The notes under the pieces are model-generated. The model was not told the DNA's origin. It did not search any database and was given only the letters and a program-made list of their open reading frames with translations. Source: Geminicoccaceae bacterium (GTDB taxonomy: Bacteria > Pseudomonadota > Alphaproteobacteria > Geminicoccales > Geminicoccaceae). Taken from it: a stretch of 49,202 nucleotides of DNA. The position numbers and the translations under genes were made by a program. Positions within the stretch are counted from its first letter, which is position 1. Each line of letters opens with the position of its first letter. Location of the stretch: assembly GCA_020446525.1 (NCBI GenBank), contig JAGREO010000107.1, forward strand, positions 1-49,202. The letters run 5' to 3'. This document shows positions 1 through 8,353 of this stretch, one piece after another.

Positions 1-85
1 CCCCGCCCACGCGGGGATGAACCTCGTCCCATAGCGAGTCGACCGGGATCCGCTTGGTCTTCCCCGCCCACGCGGGGATCGAGTT
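1..85 (+). CRISPR. Trailer end of a CRISPR array with type I-E-like 29-nt repeats (partial repeat, one 32-nt spacer, degenerate terminal repeat)
   Basis: CCCCGCCCACGCGGGGAT occurs at 1-18 and 62-79, a 61-nt period that equals a 29-nt repeat plus a 32-nt spacer. The reconstructed repeat GTCTTCCCCGCCCACGCGGGGATGAACC has a CCCCGC-N4-GCGGGG hairpin and aligns position for position with the E. coli I-E repeat GAGTTCCCCGCGCCAGCGGGGATAAACCG. The copy at 57-85 diverges in its last 6 nt, as trailer repeats usually do. The spacer at 25-56 is CGTCCCATAGCGAGTCGACCGGGATCCGCTTG. Confidence 0.75.
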
Positions 86-109
86 CGTGAGTCGGAGGTT
101 CTGGGGGCC

Positions 110-913
110 TCAGCTGGTTCGGGGTCGGAGGAGTGCGCGGGCGATCTCGACGAAGCCGTCGCCGCCGCGGGAGGGGGCGACGTAGGCGGGTTCGGCGTCC
201 AGTCGGCCCTGGAAGGCGCGGACGTTGGCGACGCCGCAGCTCTGCGGGAAGAAGCCGAACATCGGGGCGTCGTTGGGGCTGTCACCGACGAAGACGATCC
301 GGTCCTTTTCCGTCTCGAGGTCGAGGCCGAGCACGTCGCGCGCGAAGAGGCGGGTCATCGAGAGCTTGTCGTAATCGCCGAACCAGCCGTTGACATGGAT
401 CGACGATATCTTGGCCTTCGCACCTTCCTCTTCGAAGAGGGCGGCGATGCGCTCGATCTTCTCGGGCGCGAGCGGCGCGACGTCCTCACGAAAGTCGATG
501 GCGAGGTCGGCTTCGCGGTAGGGCTGGTCGGCGGCGATCGCGGCACCCGGCACCTCGGCCAGGATGCGCCGTCCGATGGCTTCGAGCCGACTGCGGTCGC
601 GGGCGCGTCCGGCCGCATCGGCGAAGAAGCGGCGGCGCATCCGCCGCGCCTCGCGGTCGTAGGCGAAGTAGAAGGCGCCGTTCTCGCCGACCACGCCGGC
701 GACCGGCCAGAAGCGGGCGATCATGTCGCACCAGCCGGCCGGGCGGCCGGTGATCGGGGCGACGAAGAGGCCGGCGTCGAAGAGTTCCTCGAGGGCGCCA
801 TAGGCCCGTGCCGGCAGCCGGCCGTCGGTCGTCAGCGTGTCGTCGATGTCGGCGAAGACGCCGATCACCGAAGCGGCGGTCTCGGGCGGCATCTCGGCCA
901 GCGGCCGCATCAT
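110..913 (-). CDS. HAD-IIB family hydrolase (Cof/sugar-phosphatase-like)
   Basis: 267-aa ORF with HAD motif I DIDDTLT and motif IV GDSPNDAPMF. Its ATG overlaps the upstream gene's stop codon (ATGA at 910-913). Confidence 0.85.
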   Translation of the reverse strand: MMRPLAEMPPETAASVIGVFADIDDTLTTDGRLPARAYGALEELFDAGLFVAPITGRPAGWCDMIARFWPVAGVVGENGAFYFAYDREARRMRRRFFADAAGRARDRSRLEAIGRRILAEVPGAAIAADQPYREADLAIDFREDVAPLAPEKIERIAALFEEEGAKAKISSIHVNGWFGDYDKLSMTRLFARDVLGLDLETEKDRIVFVGDSPNDAPMFGFFPQSCGVANVRAFQGRLDAEPAYVAPSRGGDGFVEIARALLRPRTS

Positions 914-2271
914 CGCTCCTCCTGGGCGAAATCGGCGAGCAGGCCCGCATCATCGGCGACGTCGAGCATCGAGAAGCGGTCGCGCATCTCACGGCAGTGA
1001 AGGATGGCTTCGCGGTAGAAGTCCACGGGCAGGCCCAGTTCGCCCGCGGTCGTGGGCGCATCCGCCGCGCGCAGAAGCCGGTGCATCTCTTCGGGCTGAA
1101 TGGCGAAACGCGCGCATTCGCGACGCAGCTCGGGCCAGATCGCCCGAAGGCGCGCGTCGAGCTTTTCCGCACCCTTTTCGTCGAGCGCCTTGCGGCGATA
1201 GGCCGTCAGGCACTGTGCGGCGATCTCCGGTCCCATACGCCGGCGCATGGACTCTTCGTCGAAGCGCGTCGGCCGGACCCTGGGCGGCTGCTCCTGGGCC
1301 AGGATGCGTTGCTGCAGCCGCGCCATGGTCAGCGAGGCCACGCCCACCTGCTCGCCGTGCAGCGTGCCCGGATGGCGCTCGCCGGCGAAGCAGTCGATAT
1401 AGTGCGAGATCTGGTGCTCACCCATCGAGCCGTGATGGGAGGTTCCGGTGAAGGCGAAGCCGAGGCCGCAGAGGGTGAGCACGCGGTAGAGCCGGCCGAC
1501 GGCGTCGCTCTCGCCCTGGGCCACGCCGGCCGCCCGGGCATTCAGCGCCGCCTCGTCGGCCGCCTCGATGTCATAGGTGATCTGATGGTAGTCGGTGCCG
1601 AAGAGACGGTGCGACAGCCACCAGTCGATCTGCGCCACCGGGCGGGCCATGCAGTCGCCGAAGCCGGCCGCCGCCGTCCGCCCCGGGGCCGACGCAGCTA
1701 CGGCGATGTCGGCGAAGAAGGCCCGGGGCGCTCGTGAGGCCAAGGTCGTCTTGAGGCCGCTCGAAAGGCTGATCGAGGCGGTCGAGGAGGTGTAGCCGTT
1801 CATCGAGGCGGCGGTGCCGAAGACGCAGTAGGGAAGGCCGAGATGTGCGCAGGCGGCCTTGGTGAGATCGTTGATGGTGCCCGAGCCGACGGCGATCGCG
1901 GCCTCGCAGCCGTCCAGCCGTTCGGCCAGTGCGGCCACGGTCGGCTGATCGGCGTGGGGAAGGTCCAGCACGATCGGTTTCGGCCGGTGGCGCTGCAGCG
2001 CCCGCTCGATGCGCCGGCCCATCGCTTCCATGGTCGCTTCGTCGGCGACGAGGCCGAGCGGTGCGCCGAAGCCCAGGCCGGCGACCAGATCGGCCTCCGC
2101 ACCGTCGAGGGTGGGTGCGATCACCACGCGATCGAGGTCGAGCGTGACCGGTCGCCCGGTGCGCGGATCCTGGCAGCGTCCGGCGACGATGTCGTCGATC
2201 AGGTAATTCCACCGACCCTGGGCGAGGGCGTCCTCGAGTGCCGCCCGGTTCGGCTGGATCACCTCGTTCAT
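910..2271 (-). CDS. Iron-containing alcohol dehydrogenase family protein (glycerol-1-phosphate dehydrogenase-like)
   Basis: The protein-like part of the 722-aa ORF begins at MNEVIQ (ATG 2271). It has a GSGTINDLTK nucleotide loop and a His cluster, GTSHHGSMGEHQISH. The upstream 269 codons are Arg/Pro-rich junk. Confidence 0.8.
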   Translation of the reverse strand: MNEVIQPNRAALEDALAQGRWNYLIDDIVAGRCQDPRTGRPVTLDLDRVVIAPTLDGAEADLVAGLGFGAPLGLVADEATMEAMGRRIERALQRHRPKPIVLDLPHADQPTVAALAERLDGCEAAIAVGSGTINDLTKAACAHLGLPYCVFGTAASMNGYTSSTASISLSSGLKTTLASRAPRAFFADIAVAASAPGRTAAAGFGDCMARPVAQIDWWLSHRLFGTDYHQITYDIEAADEAALNARAAGVAQGESDAVGRLYRVLTLCGLGFAFTGTSHHGSMGEHQISHYIDCFAGERHPGTLHGEQVGVASLTMARLQQRILAQEQPPRVRPTRFDEESMRRRMGPEIAAQCLTAYRRKALDEKGAEKLDARLRAIWPELRRECARFAIQPEEMHRLLRAADAPTTAGELGLPVDFYREAILHCREMRDRFSMLDVADDAGLLADFAQEER

Positions 2272-2312
2272 GCGGACCCGGCCGCCATCGCGCGCGCCTC
2301 CTCGACAATCGT

Positions 2313-3098
2313 TCAGCGGTGGGTGAAGCGCGGCTTTTCCCTGGCGAAGAAGGCGCGCACGCCTTCCTTGCAGTCGTCGGTGGCGAAGACGGCGGCGCTC
2401 AGTTCGAGCGTGCGGCGGATCGCCCCGTCCTCGTCCATGTCGAACGCCAGATCGATCGCGCGCTTGCAGATCTGCAGCGCCTTGTTCGGCCGCTGGGCGA
2501 GTTCGCGGGCGAGATCGGCGGCCGCGGCCAGCGCTTCGCCCCTGGCGACGACGCGATTGACGAGGCCCCAGGCCAGGGCCGTTTGCGCATCGATCGGCTC
2601 GCCCAGGAACATCAGCTCCTTGGCCCGGCCCTCGCCGATCCGCCGGGTGACCCGCACGGTGCCGCCGCTGCCGGCGATGACGCCGAGCTTGACCTCGGGC
2701 AGGGCCAGGCGAACGTTGGCTTCGACCACCAGCAGGTCGCAGCAGACCGCGAGCTCGAGGCCGCCGCCGAAGGCGAGGCCGCGCACCGCGGCGATCGTCG
2801 GTTTGGGGAAATCGTCGAGTCTCGAATAGACGGCGTTCTCTCTTGCGATCTTGCGCTGCATGAGAAGGTCGGGGTCGGTGAATTGAGGGAACTCGGCGAT
2901 GTCGGAGCCGGCGCAGAAGGCTCGCGTCCCGGCCCCGGTCACCACCAGCACGCGCACCGCATCGTTCCGCTCGAGCTCGGCCAGCCGTTCGTCCAGCCGG
3001 GCGGTGAGCTCGAGGGTGACGAGGTTGAGCGGCGGGTTGTTCAAGGTCAGCGTGGCGACGCCGGCTTCGATCGTGCAATCGACGAGATCGGTGCTCAT
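2313..3098 (-). CDS. Enoyl-CoA hydratase/isomerase (crotonase) family protein
   Basis: Starts at MSTDLVDCTIEAGVATLTLNNPP (ATG 3098). Crotonase oxyanion-hole segments VVTGAGTRAFCAGSDI and GLAFGGGLELAVCCD are present. Confidence 0.85.
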   Translation of the reverse strand: MSTDLVDCTIEAGVATLTLNNPPLNLVTLELTARLDERLAELERNDAVRVLVVTGAGTRAFCAGSDIAEFPQFTDPDLLMQRKIARENAVYSRLDDFPKPTIAAVRGLAFGGGLELAVCCDLLVVEANVRLALPEVKLGVIAGSGGTVRVTRRIGEGRAKELMFLGEPIDAQTALAWGLVNRVVARGEALAAAADLARELAQRPNKALQICKRAIDLAFDMDEDGAIRRTLELSAAVFATDDCKEGVRAFFAREKPRFTHR

Positions 3099-3135
3099 GC
3101 TCGAATACCCTTCGATGCCCGCACGAATGCGGCGT

Positions 3136-3576
3136 TCATGGGGCGGCCACCCATTTGAGGATGTGGCGGGCGACGGCGACCGTCCGGCCGTGCTGGTTGG
3201 TGACCTCGATCTCGGAGGTGGAGCGCCGTCGTTCGGGATCGATGTCGGCGATGCGGTAGTGTACCGTGACCGTGTCGCCGATGAAGACCGGCTCGAGAAA
3301 GCGGATGCGGTCGTAGCCGAGCGAGACCGGCGTTTCGTCCGCCGCACCGCGTCCCCGGGTCTTCTCGATCATCAGGGTCGATGCGGTCGACATGAAGCCC
3401 ACCAGCAACACGCCGTGGGCGATCCGCCGGCCAAAAGCCGTCTTCGCCATCACCGCCTCGTTGACGTGGTTGCTCGAGAGATCGCCGGTGATGCCGGCGA
3501 AGAGATAGACGTCCGACTCGCCGACGGTCTTGGCGAACGAGACTTCGTCACCGACAGAGACGTGGAACGGCTGCAC
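3136..3576 (-). CDS. MaoC-family (R)-specific enoyl-CoA hydratase / hot-dog dehydratase
   Basis: 146 aa, with a GDLSSNHVNEAVMAKTAFGRRIAHG hydratase-2-type motif. Confidence 0.85.
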   Translation of the reverse strand: MQPFHVSVGDEVSFAKTVGESDVYLFAGITGDLSSNHVNEAVMAKTAFGRRIAHGVLLVGFMSTASTLMIEKTRGRGAADETPVSLGYDRIRFLEPVFIGDTVTVHYRIADIDPERRRSTSEIEVTNQHGRTVAVARHILKWVAAP

Positions 3577-3595
3577 GGCCTCGTTCTCCCCCGAT

Positions 3596-4714
3596 CTAGT
3601 CGAGTGTCTCCATCAGTCGCAGGATCAAGGTCGCGCGCGGCACGAGGCTCGACGCGTCCAGATGCTCCTCATAGGTGTGGGCGCCGTTCCCGTCGACGCC
3701 GATGCCGTCCAGGATCGGCAGGCGATCGGCCAGGAAGTTGCCGTCCGAGCCGCCGCCGGAGAAGGTCTCGCCCAGATCGTAGCCGATTTCGGCTGCGAGA
3801 GCGCGCGCATGCGCGAAGAGCGCCGCCGTCCTTTCGGTCCGCTCGTAGGGCGGGCGGTCGCCGCCGCCTTCGACCGTCAGCGTCACGTCCGGGTCGTGGC
3901 TCTTCGTGGCGGCGATGCGCGGCAGGATCTCGTCGGCCGCGGCGACGGTGGGCAGGCGCACGTCGAGGTGCAGGACGGCTTCTTCCGGGATCGTATTGAC
4001 CGCGGTGCCGCCCGAGACCAGCCCGACATTGGTGGTGACGCCGGTTTCGTAGTCGGTCAGCGCCTCGAGATCGAGGATCTGGCGTGCCATCTCCCGGATC
4101 GCGCTCCGGCCTTCGTGGTGGCGCGCGCCGGAGTGGGCGGGGCAGCCCTTCATGCGGATGGTGTAGCGGGCGGTTCCCTTGCGTGCGGTCACGCATTTGC
4201 CGCCGTCGCGGCCGGGCTCGGTCACCAGCACATATTTCGCTCTCCGGCCGGCCTCGACGATCAGGGCCTCGGAGGTCGGGCTGCCGACCTCCTCGTCGGA
4301 GGTGATCAGCCAGCGCAGCGGCAGGGGCGTGGTCTTCTTCTGCAGCACCAGCTCGCGGAACGCCGCCAGCGCCAGATAGGCGCCGCCCTTCATGTCGTAG
4401 ATGCCGGGGCCGAAGACCCTGTCGCCCTCGCGGCGGAGCTTCAGCCGGCCGTCGATGGTGCCGATCGGGTGCACCGTATCGAGATGGCTGAGGATCAGGA
4501 CACCCGGCTGGTCTTCGGCGCCCCAGGGGCTCGCGACCTCAAGATGGTTGCCGTAGCCGTCGCGGCCCTGGATGATCCGCGTGTGTGCGCCCAGGGTGCG
4601 GAACTCGGTTTCCACCAGCTCCATCAGCCGGTCGACCCGGTCGGGTGATGTCGTGGGCGTCTCGATCTCGACCCAACGGCCGATCTCGGCAATCATCTCT
4701 TCCTTGTCCAGCAT
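3596..4714 (-). CDS. M20 family metallopeptidase (carboxypeptidase G2-like)
   Basis: 372 aa, with SHLDTVHP, GPGIYDMKGG and TSDEEVGSP metal-ligand and catalytic motifs. Its start abuts the MFS stop codon (TGAATG). Confidence 0.85.
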   Translation of the reverse strand: MLDKEEMIAEIGRWVEIETPTTSPDRVDRLMELVETEFRTLGAHTRIIQGRDGYGNHLEVASPWGAEDQPGVLILSHLDTVHPIGTIDGRLKLRREGDRVFGPGIYDMKGGAYLALAAFRELVLQKKTTPLPLRWLITSDEEVGSPTSEALIVEAGRRAKYVLVTEPGRDGGKCVTARKGTARYTIRMKGCPAHSGARHHEGRSAIREMARQILDLEALTDYETGVTTNVGLVSGGTAVNTIPEEAVLHLDVRLPTVAAADEILPRIAATKSHDPDVTLTVEGGGDRPPYERTERTAALFAHARALAAEIGYDLGETFSGGGSDGNFLADRLPILDGIGVDGNGAHTYEEHLDASSLVPRATLILRLMETLD

Positions 4715-5950
4715 TCAAGCCTTCTCCCTACGGCCGCCGACCCTGGCGACGCCGAGTGCTCCGAACAGTGCGCCGCCGCCCATGATCGCCAGTGCGATGC
4801 CCCAGCCCCATCGGCTCTCGCCGCCGAAGAGATCGAGGCTCCAGCCGCAGGCGAGCGGGGCGATCATCGCCATCAACGACGCCATCAGGGTCTGCACCGC
4901 GATCGTGGCGCCGCGCCGTTCCACCGGTGCCGAGGCGATGGTGCCGACGGTGATGGCGGCGCTGTCGCTCATCACCAGCACGGCATAGAGGCTCGTCAGG
5001 GCCAGCACCAGAGGCAAGGGGCCGCCGCTGGTGAACGCCAGCAGCAGGGCGGTGGCGGCCGATGCCGTCATCATGGCGGCCAGGGTGAAGCGCCGGCCCA
5101 GCCGCGTGGCGATCTCGTTGCCGAGGATGCTGGCCGGCAGGCCGGCCATCACCATGACCGTGGCGATGGTGGCGATCGCACCCGTGGAGAGTGACATGGC
5201 GGGCAGGGCGGTCAGGAACGCCACCAGCCAAGTGCGAAAGGCGAAGAGCTCCCAGGAATGGCCGGCATAGGCGACGATGAAGGGCAGGGTGGGCCGATGC
5301 CGCAGCACCTCGGCGAAGGAGCGCAGATGCGGCTGACGAATCGTTTGTGCCGGCGGGTTCCTCGCGGCGATGCCGAACCAGACGAGCGGCAGGCCCAGGA
5401 GCGCCACGAGGCCGCTCGCGAGGAAGGCGCCGTTCAGGCCGAAGAGGTCGGCGAAGATGCCGGCCTGCAGCATCGAGAGACCCGAGCCGAGCGAGAAGGT
5501 CGCCGTGTAGAAGGACTGATAGCGACCCTGCCTCGCTCCCTCGACACGATCGGTCAGCGCCTTGAGTCCCGGCATGTAGCTTCCGGCGACACCGATGCCG
5601 GAGAGCAGCCGCCACACCAAGGCCGACCAGAATCCTTCGGCGAAGAGCGCGAAACCGAAAGCGGCGAGGACGGACAAGGCGAGCGAAGCGGCGACGATGC
5701 GCCTCGCGTCGATGCGGTCGGTCATCGCCACCAGGATCGGCGCGAAGCCGGCATAGGCGACATAGGTGACGCTGGCGATCCAGCCGGCCTCTGTGTTGCT
5801 CAACCCCCAAGCCTCGACGAATTGCGGGATCAGGGTCTGAAAGGTCAGCGAGCCCGAGAGGGCAAGCATCTGCACGAGGCAGAGCGTCAAGGTGACGCCG
5901 AGCGGCCCGCCGGCCCGCCCGCATTGCGTGCCGCCGTTCATCCGTGCCAC
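4715..5950 (-). CDS. MFS transporter
   Basis: 411-aa hydrophobic ORF with about 12 predicted helices and an MFS-like loop, MTDRIDARR. The start is uncertain because several in-frame Met/Val codons lie near the N-terminus. Confidence 0.8.
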   Translation of the reverse strand: MARMNGGTQCGRAGGPLGVTLTLCLVQMLALSGSLTFQTLIPQFVEAWGLSNTEAGWIASVTYVAYAGFAPILVAMTDRIDARRIVAASLALSVLAAFGFALFAEGFWSALVWRLLSGIGVAGSYMPGLKALTDRVEGARQGRYQSFYTATFSLGSGLSMLQAGIFADLFGLNGAFLASGLVALLGLPLVWFGIAARNPPAQTIRQPHLRSFAEVLRHRPTLPFIVAYAGHSWELFAFRTWLVAFLTALPAMSLSTGAIATIATVMVMAGLPASILGNEIATRLGRRFTLAAMMTASAATALLLAFTSGGPLPLVLALTSLYAVLVMSDSAAITVGTIASAPVERRGATIAVQTLMASLMAMIAPLACGWSLDLFGGESRWGWGIALAIMGGGALFGALGVARVGGRREKA

Positions 5951-5982
5951 AAAGCCGGGCGGACCGGCAGGAGAGGGAGCCC

Positions 5983-6243
5983 ATGGCGCAAGACAAGCAG
6001 CTGTTGCACCTGGTGTTCGGCGGGGCGGTCGACGATCCGGCGACGCTCGAGTTCCGCGACCTCGAAAAGCTCGACATCGTCGGTATCTATCCCGACTACG
6101 CCACCGCGGAGGCCGCCTGGCGCGCCAAGGCGCAAGCGACGGTCGACGACGCCCATATGCGCTACGTCGTCGTTCATCTGCACCGCCTGCTGGACCCCGA
6201 GAGCGAGGTCACGGATTGCGAGGACGCCGGCGACGAGGATTGA
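5983..6243 (+). CDS. DUF4170 domain-containing small protein
   Basis: LLHLVFGG...DIVGIYPDYATAEAAWRAKAQATVDDAHMRYVVVHLHRLLDPE matches the conserved alphaproteobacterial DUF4170 pattern. A GGAGAGGGAG element precedes the ATG at 5983, and the ORF could extend back to 5944. Confidence 0.7.
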   Translation: MAQDKQLLHLVFGGAVDDPATLEFRDLEKLDIVGIYPDYATAEAAWRAKAQATVDDAHMRYVVVHLHRLLDPESEVTDCEDAGDED

Positions 6244-6247
6244 AGCC

Positions 6248-7360
6248 TCAAGGCCGGAACCGGGCGGGGCTCATCGCCTCGACGACGGATCGAGCGACGA
6301 GATCGTTCGCTTCGCCTCGGATCGACGCGGCCGCGAGCACGGCCATCGCCGGTGCGGTCTGGATGCCGTAGCCGCCCTGACCGGCGAGCCAGAAGAAGCC
6401 CTGGACGGCATCGAAACCCACGACCGGCGTCCTGTCCGGCGCGAAGGTGCGCAGGCCCGCCCAACTGCGGCGAATGGTGCGGATTTCGACGTCGAGTGCT
6501 TTCATCACCCGATCGGCGGCGATGGCGATGTCGATCTCCTCGGGCTGCGCGTCGCACGGCTCGCTGGGCGTTTCGTCGGCCGGTGAACAGAACAGCCGGC
6601 CGCCGTCCGGACGGAAGTAGAACTGCTCGTCGATGTCCGAGACCACCGGCCAATGCATGACGTCGACGTCGGGCGGGCCGTCGACGATGAAAGCAGTCCG
6701 CCGCTTGGGCTGCAGCCCGACCGGCCGCACGCCCGCGGACGAGGCGAACATGTCGGCCCAGGCGCCGGCGGCGTTCACCAGAACCGGTGCCCGGGCCGCG
6801 CCGCCGGCCCATTCTATGGACCAGCCGGTGTGCGTGCGTCGCGGGGCGTGCAGGTCGGTATCGGTTTGCAGCGTACCGCCGCGTCGTTTGAAGCCGGTGA
6901 GGTAGCCCTGCAGAATGGCGTGGACGTCCATGTCCTCGGCCTGCGGGTCGAGCACGCCGCCGGCGACGTAGTCACGGCGCAGGCTCGGAACCATGGCCAG
7001 GATCTCGTCCTGCGTCAGCGCACGAGCGTCGTGGACGAAGGGGCGCATCGCCGCCAGTTCCTCGTGGACCCGATGCGCCTGATCGGCCCGGGCGATCAGC
7101 AGGGCGGTTCGCGGGTGCAGAAGTGCGGTCTCGGTGAAGCCCTCGGGCGGGCGGCGGAAGAAGGCTTCGGAGGCCGCGGTGAGGGCCCGGATCACGCCGT
7201 TGCCGTAGGATTTGAGATAGACCGCGGCCGAGCGTCCGGTGGTGTGATAGCCCGGATGGGTTTCGCGCTCGAGCAGCAGCACGCGACGGTCGGTCGCGAG
7301 TTCAAACGCGACCGAGGCGCCCGCCATGCCGGCGCCGACCACCACCACGTCGTAATCCAT
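6248..7360 (-). CDS. FAD-dependent oxidoreductase (DAO family)
   Basis: Starts at MDYDVVVVGAGMAGAS (GxGxxG dinucleotide fold, ATG 7360). About 370 aa. Confidence 0.85.
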   Translation of the reverse strand: MDYDVVVVGAGMAGASVAFELATDRRVLLLERETHPGYHTTGRSAAVYLKSYGNGVIRALTAASEAFFRRPPEGFTETALLHPRTALLIARADQAHRVHEELAAMRPFVHDARALTQDEILAMVPSLRRDYVAGGVLDPQAEDMDVHAILQGYLTGFKRRGGTLQTDTDLHAPRRTHTGWSIEWAGGAARAPVLVNAAGAWADMFASSAGVRPVGLQPKRRTAFIVDGPPDVDVMHWPVVSDIDEQFYFRPDGGRLFCSPADETPSEPCDAQPEEIDIAIAADRVMKALDVEIRTIRRSWAGLRTFAPDRTPVVGFDAVQGFFWLAGQGGYGIQTAPAMAVLAAASIRGEANDLVARSVVEAMSPARFRP

Positions 7361-7437
7361 GACGCTCCCCCGCCAGAAGTCTCGTGGCACCCTCGATAGA
7401 GCGATTGCGCACCCGTGGCGAGGTCGGTGCGAACGTC

Positions 7438-7836
7438 TCAGGTTTCGGGTTCGAGCTTCAGCGATGCGGAGTTCATGCAGAACCGATGGCCGGTCGGCTC
7501 CGGGCCGTCCTCGAAGACGTGGCCCAGATGGGCGTCGCAGCGTGAGCAGAGGGCTTCCGTGCGCACCATACCGTGGCTGCGGTCCACGTTGGTGGCGACC
7601 GCTCCTTCGTCGAGCGGGGCCCAGAAGCTGGGCCAGCCGCTGCCGCTCTCATATTTGGTTTCGCTCGAGAAGAGCTCTTGGCCGCAGCAGACGCACTTGT
7701 AGGTGCCTCTGGTCTTGGTGTCGTGATAGCGGCCGGTGAAGGGACGCTCGGTGCCGGCTTCGCGCGCGACGTGATATTCCTCGGGGCTCAACTGGGCGCG
7801 CCATTCGGCGTCGCTCTTGCGAATCTTCTCGTTCAT
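7438..7836 (-). CDS. msrB: Peptide-methionine (R)-S-oxide reductase
   Basis: 132 aa, with two CxxC zinc pairs ([18 protein letters not shown]) and the catalytic RFCMNS motif. Confidence 0.95.
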   Translation of the reverse strand: MNEKIRKSDAEWRAQLSPEEYHVAREAGTERPFTGRYHDTKTRGTYKCVCCGQELFSSETKYESGSGWPSFWAPLDEGAVATNVDRSHGMVRTEALCSRCDAHLGHVFEDGPEPTGHRFCMNSASLKLEPET

Positions 7837-7927
7837 CGGGATTCCCGTCCATCTGAAGTGTCGACCACGGATATGGCGCGGCCTAGGCGGCGGGGCAATG
7901 TGCTGCGCCCCGGGAGTCCTCCGGTGG

Positions 7928-8353
7928 TCACGCGCGCTCGTCTCGCGCCTTTCTCGTCGCCTCGAGGAGGGCGTCGAAGGCGATCAGCACACAGTCATGA
8001 CGGCTGCGCACGGTGCGCACCGGCTCGAAGAGCGCCATCTCGGGCCAGTCGGCACCGTCGCCCGCGCTGCTCAGGAAGTCCCGGACGCGCGCGCGCAAGG
8101 CTTCGATATCGCCCGCATCCAGCCCGTGCGCATGGCGGGCGATCATGCCGGCTGCGGCCTGGGTGAGGATGCAGCCGCGGGCCTTCTGGGCGAAGCCGTC
8201 CACACGCGCGCCGTCGAGCGTGACGTCGATGGTGACGCGATCGCCGCAGAGCGGATTGTCGACGCTGGCGGTGCCGTCCGGCGCATCGAGACGGCCGGCG
8301 CCGTCCTTCGCCTTGGCCAGGGCAACGAGAGCATCGTCGTAGAGATCGTTCAT
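7928..8353 (-). CDS. SufU/IscU-like Fe-S cluster scaffold or sulfur-acceptor protein (NifU N-terminal fold)
   Basis: 141 aa, with [15 protein letters not shown] and RHDCVL cysteine motifs. ATGA overlap with sufS at 8350-8353. Confidence 0.8.
   Translation of the reverse strand: MNDLYDDALVALAKAKDGAGRLDAPDGTASVDNPLCGDRVTIDVTLDGARVDGFAQKARGCILTQAAAGMIARHAHGLDAGDIEALRARVRDFLSSAGDGADWPEMALFEPVRTVRSRHDCVLIAFDALLEATRKARDERA

Noticed and set aside
133-393. 86-aa extremely Arg-rich plus-strand ORF next to the CRISPR trailer (a possible small cas-associated or protamine-like peptide)
   Set aside because: It lies entirely antisense to the HAD hydrolase gene, and its composition (RRRGRGRRRR) is the expected artefact of reading GC-rich codons in reverse. 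It has no start context.
2272-3078. Upstream extension of the 722-aa ORF (910-3078) and similar long extensions of ORFs 25931-27487, 39110-41392, 45593-47833, 12175-14142, 36453-37388
   Set aside because: The extensions are Arg/Pro/Gly-rich low-complexity translations that overlap neighbouring real genes in another frame. Internal starts with SD sequences or ATGA/GTGA coupling give normal-length family members.
7837-7927. GC-rich hairpin (CGGGG-N12-CCCCG) as a rho-independent terminator after the SufU-like gene
   Set aside because: No U-tract follows on the minus strand and the loop is long, so it is not convincing as an intrinsic terminator.
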